A stretch of DNA of 32,000 nucleotides from assembly GCF_000009705.1 (NCBI RefSeq), contig NC_003273.1:1-32000 (forward strand), in the 5' to 3' direction. Source of the DNA: Nostoc sp. PCC 7120 = FACHB-418 (GTDB taxonomy: Bacteria; Cyanobacteriota; Cyanobacteriia; Cyanobacteriales; Nostocaceae). The notes beneath the pieces were generated by a model, which saw nothing but the letters and a program-made list of their open reading frames with translations, did no database searches and had not been told where the DNA came from. This document shows positions 6,948 to 13,525 of this stretch, piece after piece. The position numbers and the translations under genes are program-made. Position 1 is the stretch's first letter, and each line of letters opens with the position of its first letter.

Positions 6948-8620
6948 CGTGGCAAAACTTACTAGAGAGGAGCAGAGATCCTGTAATCTTGAGCTTGTAA
7001 CGAAATAATGGTACAAAAACTTGGTAAGAAAAAGTTTAAAACCAGAGGCAACATCGTTTGAAGTACTCGATTGTGTTCAAAAAAAATGCCCTTCGTGTGG
7101 TCAAGCAATGTGGAATGAATACAATAATCCTCGACATATAAGAACGCTAAATGGGGTAGTAGAACTACAGCTAAAAATTCGGCGATGTCAAAATAAGTCA
7201 TGTATGCGGTATAAAAAAGCATATCGACCAGAGCAAGAAGGGTCACTCGCTCTACCACAGAACGAATTTGGTTTGGATGTGATTGCTTATATAGGAGCAT
7301 TACGCTACCAGGAACATAGAAGTGTTCCTCAAATACACACTCACCTTGAATTAAAGGGTATATGTATAAGTAAACGAACGGTCACACACTTAATTGACAG
7401 ATATGACGAGTTACTTTCTTTATGGCTAAAAGACCATAAAAGATTAAAAGCAATAGTGGCTAATCAAGGACGGGTGATATTAGCCATTGATGGGATGCAG
7501 CCAGAAATTGGACATGAGGTATTATGGGTAATTCGAGATTGTCTATCAGGAGAAATTTTACTTGCTAAAACTTTATTATCATCAAGGAATGAAGATTTAG
7601 TAGCGTTATTATTAGAAGTGGCTAATACACTGGATGTACCAATTGATGGAGTTGTTAGTGATGGACAACAATCAATTCGTAAAGCTGTTGGGTTAGCATT
7701 ACCTAAAATTGCTCATGGTTTATGTCATTACCATTACCTGAAAGAAGCAATTAAACCCATATATGAGGCGGATAGAAATGCAAAAAAGGAATTGAAAAAA
7801 AAAGTTAGAGGATTACGAGAAATTGAACGTAGTGTTACCAATGAAGATAAGGATTTGGTGACTATTATTGAAGATTATTGCTCGGCAGTCCGTAGTTCTA
7901 TAACCAATGATGGACATCCACCGTTAGAGGCATCTGGATTAAAGTTACAAGAAAATTTGACTTTGATAGAACAAAGCTTAGAAAGGATGGAAAAAAGAAG
8001 TGCTTTACCACCACCTTTAGTTAACCTAAAACACCTTCTAGCTAAGGGATTATCTGCTACTGCATCTTTATTTTCACCTGTGAGGGTTGCATATCAGTGG
8101 GTTGATAAAGCTAGTAATATTCTCAACAATAAAATAGGTCTTGATGCTGCTGGGGTCAAACAAAGTTATCAGCAACTGTTGACAGAAATGTCTCAACAAA
8201 AGCAGAAAGCTGGTACCCTGAACACTGCAATCGATAACTTTATAAAAACCACCCACAGCTACTGGTCTGGACTTTTTCATTGTTATGAAATTGAAGATTT
8301 TCCTAGAACTAATAATGACTTAGAACACGCTTTTGGTATGCTACGTTATCATCAACGTCGTTGTACCGGTCGTAAGGTTGCCCCCTCATCTCTCGTTATT
8401 CGTGGTTCTGTCAAACTTGCCTGTGCGATAGCTACTAAGCTTCATTCTTTTACCGCATCTGATTTAGCACAAGTTGATATTCATACTTGGCTCGAATTAC
8501 GCTCTCAATTGCAAAAACACCACAAAGCCAGAATTGAACAGTATCGATTTCGCAGAGACCCCAAGGCTTACTTGGCTAATCTAGAGAGTCGTCTTCTCTA
8601 GTAAGTTTTGCCACGCTAGG
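6943..8620 (+). mobile_element. Complete insertion sequence (~1.68 kb) with 26-bp perfect terminal inverted repeats and a 6-7 bp target duplication
   Basis: IR-L cctagcgtggcaaaacttactagaga (6943..6968) is the exact reverse complement of 8595..8620. It is flanked by tcttat at 6937..6942 and 8621..8626. It contains one long transposase ORF. Confidence 0.9.
7021..8601 (+). CDS. DDE-type transposase with N-terminal zinc finger; IS family not confidently assigned (IS66/ISKra4-like layout)
   Basis: 526 aa with a TTG start, the only in-frame start after the upstream stop. It shows CPSCG...CQNKSC, candidate catalytic ILAIDGMQ and VVSDGQQS, CHYHYLKE, and a late TNNDLEHAFG motif resembling the NNxxE box of IS66-like transposases. 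Confidence 0.8.
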   Translation: MVRKSLKPEATSFEVLDCVQKKCPSCGQAMWNEYNNPRHIRTLNGVVELQLKIRRCQNKSCMRYKKAYRPEQEGSLALPQNEFGLDVIAYIGALRYQEHRSVPQIHTHLELKGICISKRTVTHLIDRYDELLSLWLKDHKRLKAIVANQGRVILAIDGMQPEIGHEVLWVIRDCLSGEILLAKTLLSSRNEDLVALLLEVANTLDVPIDGVVSDGQQSIRKAVGLALPKIAHGLCHYHYLKEAIKPIYEADRNAKKELKKKVRGLREIERSVTNEDKDLVTIIEDYCSAVRSSITNDGHPPLEASGLKLQENLTLIEQSLERMEKRSALPPPLVNLKHLLAKGLSATASLFSPVRVAYQWVDKASNILNNKIGLDAAGVKQSYQQLLTEMSQQKQKAGTLNTAIDNFIKTTHSYWSGLFHCYEIEDFPRTNNDLEHAFGMLRYHQRRCTGRKVAPSSLVIRGSVKLACAIATKLHSFTASDLAQVDIHTWLELRSQLQKHHKARIEQYRFRRDPKAYLANLESRLL

Positions 8621-8622
8621 TC

Positions 8623-8718
8623 TTATCTAAAGCTAGTGACTGGAACCAGCAGCTTCTTGAATATGGGCGGCAGTTGAGGCGACAGCAACAGCAACAGGAT
8701 GATGAATTGAGTCTTTAA
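8623..8718 (+). pseudogene. Displaced 3-prime end of the relaxase gene, separated by the IS
   Basis: Removing 6943..8626 joins ...caa gtc tta to tct aaa gct..., which stays open in the relaxase frame for 29 more codons (KASDWNQQLLEYGRQLRRQQQQQDDELSL) up to TAA at 8716..8718. Confidence 0.75.
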
Positions 8719-8731
8719 ATATTTTTTATCA

Positions 8732-9508
8732 CTAAGATTTTTGAGAGCTTGACACTAAATTAGTAAATTCTCTCAAAATATTTTTATATCTTTGACCAGC
8801 TACCCCATAAAAATCATTATGGCTGGCGTTATCTACCCATAATTTCAACTTTGGTGACGGGGAAGCTGCATACAACTTTTGTGCATGAGTAAAAGGAATT
8901 ATCTCATCAGCTTGACCGTGCATAATTAATACTGGACAGTTCACCTTTTTGATTTTTTCTAAATTATTGAATTTATCAAATGGCAAAATTTTTATTGGTA
9001 CTACAACTTGAAAAGCCGAAGTAAAGGTACTTTCTATAATTAAACCTCCTACTGGCTGCCGAGCCGCCAAATCTACTGCTGAACCTCCTCCCACTGAACG
9101 TCCAAAAACAATAATATTCTTTGGTAGTATTTTTAAATCTTTGGTTAAATAGTTGTAAGCTGCATCAATATCTTGATAAGCGTTATTTTCCGTAGGTCTT
9201 CCTGCGCTTGTACCGTAACCCCGATAATCATAAGCCAACACATTGAACCCTAAGTCTCTTAATTGTTCTAGAAATTGTCTAATCTCGCCTAAATCTTCTG
9301 CATTCCCATGAGCATAAATAATTGTGTACTTAGCTGTAGGATTCACTAAATGAACTGCTGAAATTTTCGTTTCTCCCCCACTCTTGAGCTTCTTGATTTC
9401 TTGAGTATCAAGATAGCTAGATGGTTGAGGCAAGAAAATCATACTATCTGCTCGAAAATAAACATACACAGCCAAAAATAGATAAATAAAAATTATTGAG
9501 CTTAACAA
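8732..9508 (-). CDS. Alpha/beta hydrolase (serine hydrolase) with N-terminal membrane anchor
   Basis: 258 aa. Hydrophobic N-terminus, HGNAED, nucleophile elbow GRSVGGG (GxSxG), MHGQADEIIP and ASHNDF, consistent with a Ser-Asp-His triad. Confidence 0.8.
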   Translation of the reverse strand: MLSSIIFIYLFLAVYVYFRADSMIFLPQPSSYLDTQEIKKLKSGGETKISAVHLVNPTAKYTIIYAHGNAEDLGEIRQFLEQLRDLGFNVLAYDYRGYGTSAGRPTENNAYQDIDAAYNYLTKDLKILPKNIIVFGRSVGGGSAVDLAARQPVGGLIIESTFTSAFQVVVPIKILPFDKFNNLEKIKKVNCPVLIMHGQADEIIPFTHAQKLYAASPSPKLKLWVDNASHNDFYGVAGQRYKNILREFTNLVSSSQKS

Positions 9509-9979
9509 TCTTTTCCAGGTAAAATCACCAATTAAAATTTTTTTTCAGACGCTGTTTATCCATTTTTACTCTGTTGACTATAACTTGCCAAAATAAATTA
9601 CCAACGTTTTTTTACCTTTCCCCTTTTTGGCAAGTAGCTAACACTAGTTAAGCTAAGAGCATTAGCAACAGCAGTTAGATGATTTGAGTTTTTAAGGGAA
9701 TGACTTGATGTAGCATAAATATATCTATTTGTATTACATAGATGCTGATTGTTTTTTCTTTTTCAGTTTTGACACCAAAATATGAGGTGATTTTTTTATC
9801 AAGTTTTTTATATTAACTCTTGCTGGAGAATCCCCGCAAAAAAAAGTTGATACAACGAGTTGATTCAGCGATGCTGCTATCTAACTTCTGCCTGCTTTGT
9901 TTATAAGTGCATAAATCTCCAGACGCAAAGCTATTGAGTAAATGTAAGACATCAATTAAGACAACCACTGGAGAAAATC

Positions 9980-10213
9980 ATGTTTAACAAGAGCATTGAC
10001 AAAAACCAAGCTTTAGTAAAAAAAGCTCTCGTCGCTTGTTCTTTGATTGGTATTGTTTTAAGTAGTAACATAGCTCAAGCTAGTACCCCCATTGTAGTTA
10101 AAGGCACAAAATGTCACCCTGGTTCTCCTGTAGGATTTTGTTGCCCTAACGATGGTACCTCCAGTGGCCCATATTGTCCGGCTCGTCGCATTGCTCCCAA
10201 AACTCAAAATTGA
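9980..10213 (+). CDS. Small secreted cysteine-rich peptide (77 aa)
   Basis: The signal-peptide-like LVACSLIGIVLSSNIAQAS is followed by a ~40-aa Gly/Pro-rich region with four Cys (CHPGSPVGFCCPNDGTSSGPYC). The upstream ggaga is a possible RBS. Confidence 0.45.
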   Translation: MFNKSIDKNQALVKKALVACSLIGIVLSSNIAQASTPIVVKGTKCHPGSPVGFCCPNDGTSSGPYCPARRIAPKTQN

Positions 10214-10365
10214 GGAAAAAATTTTTGCAGCTACTTCTGCCATAAGACATTGACGCTGCATTACTTAAATCTTTAGCCTGTTCACCTACTCTTGGCCAAA
10301 GCTTCCCGTAATACTACTTTTAGAGAAAAAACTTTCTGTATGAAAGCTTGCTTTGCTTTTACTGT

Positions 10366-10430
10366 TATAGTACATTTGTCCTAGCCGTTCCTGGTTCTGA
10401 TTGCCCCACAAAATCTGTGGGGTTTTTGTT
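10366..10430 (+). ncRNA. Candidate short RNA cassette A (-10-like box plus terminator)
   Basis: TATAGTACATTTGT at 10366, then hairpin ccccacaaaatctgtgggg (10404..10422) followed by ttttt. The architecture recurs at 13239, 25342 and 27704. Confidence 0.35.
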
Positions 10431-10683
10431 GCTTTTTTGCAAGTTAGCCTTCCTTTTAGCCAAAAATCTGTATTCACATAAATTATCTTTGCCATGTTCA
10501 TACTTGCTGGCTTTTACCGACTCTGCCATCTCTGGAGCAGAGAATTTAACTACCAGCTATTAGTACACTTTTGCGTGTCAAATTAGCGACCCCAATTCTA
10601 AAATCAACAGGGATATCTCACTGCCACACAATTACTGACGCTCAGTCTCAGGTTTATTCCAATGCCTTGAGTTGCTTCACTGC

Positions 10684-10929
10684 CTAACGCTCCTGTGGGG
10701 TCAACTCTTTCCAAACAGCCGATTTAAACTCACTCGTCCATTCTTCTGTCAGCGTGGCTATCATTTCCCAAGACTGATCCGCAATACACCCTCTAATCAA
10801 TTCCACATTGCCGAGTAGTTCCTCCTCTCTGGTTAATCTCAAGGTAGAACCAGAGGTGAAACGGGAGGTGGAACACTCTTCTATTACCTGTGGTGATTGA
10901 GTTTGAGGTTCAGAAACAATTTGTTCCAC
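10684..10929 (-). pseudogene. Remnant copy of the C-terminal domain of the 836-aa primase-helicase
   Basis: The 81-aa ORF aligns with the last ~90 aa of ORF 13526..16036 (EPQTQSPQVIEECST...IATLTEEWTSEFKSAVWKELTPQER). It has TAG where the full gene has CAG and lacks everything upstream. Confidence 0.75.
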
Positions 10930-11099
10930 CCCCTGCCCCTCTAAACTTTATTACCCATTCGGTTTGAGTCTTTTAAACCTTTTTTGTAGTACTAATGTAG
11001 TTATTTAGTAGTCTTTTTTGTTGGCTATTATTTTCTTTTTCAGTTTTGACCCAAAAAACGGGAAAAACTTTTTTGCGTACTGTGCGGAAACTCAAATTT

Positions 11100-11280
11100 T
11101 TTCAACTGACATGAAATTAACGTCAATCTGACTAGGTTTTACCATAGATTTACCAAGGATTTGACATAGGTTGACTGCGCTTCTTGTTATGACTCCCATG
11201 AAATTGACATGGTTCTGACATGAAATTCACGTCTATCCAACATGAAACTGCCATAGATTTCACATAAAACTGGCATGGCA
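11100..11280. repeat. Iteron-like repeat cluster; candidate replication origin or protein-binding array
   Basis: tgacatgaaattaacgtc (11107) and tgacatgaaattcacgtc (11216), with degenerate copies cccatgaaattgacatgg (11195) and aacatgaaactgcc (11239). Also ccatagattt at 11142 and 11251 and ttgacatagg ttgactg at 11161. The setting is non-coding and AT-rich. Confidence 0.5.
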
Positions 11281-11415
11281 CACTGATGTGTTTTGTCACT
11301 CTAAAAAACACATACTTAAAGACCTAGAGAAATTGTTCTATGAGTCAGCCCACATCAGCAGTAGAAGGGGGTAGTTCTTGACTCAGTGAGAATATGACTC
11401 TCTAGCTAACAGTCT

Positions 11416-12096
11416 CTATGACTGTCGTTCAAAGATGAATAATATTGAGGCACAGGAGTTGGTCTTTGGGTGAATAGGTTCGATTAACCTGAGTAATCGG
11501 TAATTGCGCCGATGAAATTCCTCAATCCATGATGAGACTGTTCTAAAGTACCAAGGGGCCGGGTGAAATTCTTCGTTTCCTATTCCTTGCCAGTTAGTCT
11601 CGCGCCATCCATTCTCGTATGGCAACTCACCACCAGCTATGTGAGGGTGGAGTGTTTGAATAATTATTTTGCCGTTAGGCTTTAGCAAGCTTTGACTCGC
11701 CTGGGCTATCTCAGATAGGGTGTTTTCTCCCAGAAGAGAAAAGTTACAGATGAAGCAGTCAAACTGTTTTATGCTGCCAAAGCTCTGTAAGGGCAAATCA
11801 CGGTAGGAACTGACAACAAAGCGCTCATCCCCTTGGGAGCGTGCTGTTTCCACCATTTGGGCAATAGCGTCTACTCCCCAGCCGTCAAACCCACGCTTCC
11901 ATAGTTCCCGGCACAACCAACCTTCACCACACCCTATATCTAAGAACGTTCCTAGTTTCAGTTCAACAAAGGCTTCTAATATAGCGTTGTCTGTAACTAG
12001 AACACGGCTCTCTAGAAGCTTTTGCTCAACTACGCGCGTCCAAGAGTCGGCATTTATCGCCCATGAACAGAGAATTTGTTGTTCTTTATTGTCCAT
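11416..12096 (-). CDS. Class I SAM-dependent methyltransferase
   Basis: 226 aa. Motif I FLDIGCGEGWLCREL, followed by acidic-loop and post-I-like segments (GWGVDAI, FDCFICNFSL). Confidence 0.8.
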   Translation of the reverse strand: MDNKEQQILCSWAINADSWTRVVEQKLLESRVLVTDNAILEAFVELKLGTFLDIGCGEGWLCRELWKRGFDGWGVDAIAQMVETARSQGDERFVVSSYRDLPLQSFGSIKQFDCFICNFSLLGENTLSEIAQASQSLLKPNGKIIIQTLHPHIAGGELPYENGWRETNWQGIGNEEFHPAPWYFRTVSSWIEEFHRRNYRLLRLIEPIHPKTNSCASILFIFERQS

Positions 12097-12118
12097 AGTT
12101 CAACTAGTCAATGATAAT

Positions 12119-12450
12119 CCAGAGGTGGAACGGGGGGTGGAACGGGGGGTGGAACAGGGTTCTATTGCTTGTGGTAATTGGCTTTGAGCCTCAACTACAG
12201 TTTGTTCCACCCCCTGCCCCTCTAAACTTTTTTCATTTACAGGTGGTTGTATTGTTTCAACTGGTGTTACTTCTGGCGCTGCTGTTGAGGGCAGTATCTC
12301 TTGGGCAGTTTCATTACTGCTATCAAAATTTGGAAAAGTTTAGAGGGGATAGGTGGAACAGGTGGAACACTCTGGCTCTAAGTCAGTTGTAGCAAGGGCT
12401 TGGGGCTGTTCCACCTCCTGTTCCACCCCCGTTCCACCTGCTGTTCCACC
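12119..12450 (-). pseudogene. Third, decayed copy of the primase-helicase linker region (matches 13722..~14058)
   Basis: Colinear by eye with the full gene but carries stops in the homologous minus-strand frame (for example taa where the gene has caa). It retains and expands GGTGGAAC motifs: three at 12124..12155, two at ~12353..12368, and four inverted at 12408..12450. Confidence 0.7.
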
Positions 12451-12717
12451 TTTTATTGGGGTAAATATAGCCTTGATACCGTTGGCCAAATATTTCTTGA
12501 TATTTGTCACTCCGATTTTAGCTTTACTTTATTTACAAAACTTCATCAGCTTCAACTGGTGAATTATCAAGCTTTCAGGCTTTGATAGTCAGGAGCAATG
12601 TTTCGTCTACAGTATCTACGCCTAATACTATTACTCACTCTTTTTCTTTCCACAGAGGGAACACTTGTTTATTCTCACTAGCTGCAATAGAGATAGCCTA
12701 CCGTCATCTGCAATATT

Positions 12718-13152
12718 GTGACCAAACAAGTTAACGCTCAACACACTCACTCCAGTTTCTTACCTGATATTTCCTCTAGGCGCATTTTGCTAGTTGAGGA
12801 TGAGCCTGACATTGCCGAGTTGCTAATTGTTCTTTTAGAAGCTGAAGGTGCAGAGGTGATAACTTTTCACGATGCAGAAACAGCACTTGCCCAAATCGAA
12901 TCACTAAGGCCCGATATTCTCTTATGCAATGTCAAGTTACCCCATCATGATGGACATTGGTTAGTTAAAAAGCTTCGTTTGCATTCCTGCTCTTTTTTAC
13001 AACATCTGCCTGCTATTGCCATCACTTCTTATACACGGGATTTTCCCATGTCTTTGGCTTTAAACGCTGGCTTTGATCGATGTCTCTCCAAAATTGAAAA
13101 TTTAGATCAAATCGTCAGTAAGATATCTGAGCTACTCTCTGACCATCCTTAA
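12718..13152 (+). CDS. Single-domain response-regulator receiver protein with Asn at the phospho-acceptor position
   Basis: 144 aa with a GTG start. RILLVEDEPD acidic pocket, PDILLCNVKLPHHDG where canonical receivers have PDhhhhD, AIAITSY (conserved T/S), LSKI (conserved K region). Confidence 0.75.
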   Translation: MTKQVNAQHTHSSFLPDISSRRILLVEDEPDIAELLIVLLEAEGAEVITFHDAETALAQIESLRPDILLCNVKLPHHDGHWLVKKLRLHSCSFLQHLPAIAITSYTRDFPMSLALNAGFDRCLSKIENLDQIVSKISELLSDHP

Positions 13153-13238
13153 ATTTAGGCAATCTCACTACTTTTTCAGTAATACTACTAAAGCTAGAAA
13201 AATATATAGATATGAAAGCTTGCTTTCTTATCTCCGTA

Positions 13239-13300
13239 TATAGTACATTTGTTCTATGTTACTGGTTCTGATTGCCCCACACATATTGTGGGGTTTTTGT
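13239..13300 (+). ncRNA. Candidate short RNA cassette B
   Basis: TATAGTACATTTGT at 13239, hairpin ccccacacatattgtgggg (13275..13293), then ttttt. Confidence 0.35.
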
Positions 13301-13525
13301 TGTCTAGTGGCAACTCTGCCATCTCTTTTAGCCAAAAATCTGTATTTACATAAATCTGCTTTGCCATGTTCATACTTGCTGGTTTTTATCCACTCTGCCA
13401 TCTTTGGAGCAGAGAGTTTAACTACCAGCTATTAGTACACTTTTGCCTGTCAAATTAGCGACCCAGATTCTAAAATCAACAGGGAGAGCGCACTGCCACA
13501 GAATTACTGACGCTCAGTCTCAGTT

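Larger units (their letters stand above)
10308..10949. repeat. ~640-bp duplicate of 13179..13821 (3-prime end of the primase-helicase gene plus its downstream non-coding region)
   Basis: Colinear by eye from gtaatactact (10308 / 13179) to ccctctaaacttt (10949 / 13821), with scattered substitutions and small indels. Confidence 0.9.

Noticed and set aside
10286-10563. ORFs 10286..10501 (-) and 10348..10563 (+)
   Set aside because: They are mutually antisense and lie in the non-coding part of the 640-bp duplication. Neither frame is preserved in the paralogous region 13179..13525, where no ORF of 60 aa or more is called.
12111-12585. Plus-strand ORFs 12111..12392, 12353..12562 and 12400..12585 (WNGGWNGGWN..., PVPPAVPP...)
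   Set aside because: They are low-complexity translations of the GGTGGAAC repeat field in a decayed copy of the primase-helicase linker. They overlap one another and lack RBSs. The same applies to 13762..13944 and 13908..14141, which are antisense to the real gene.
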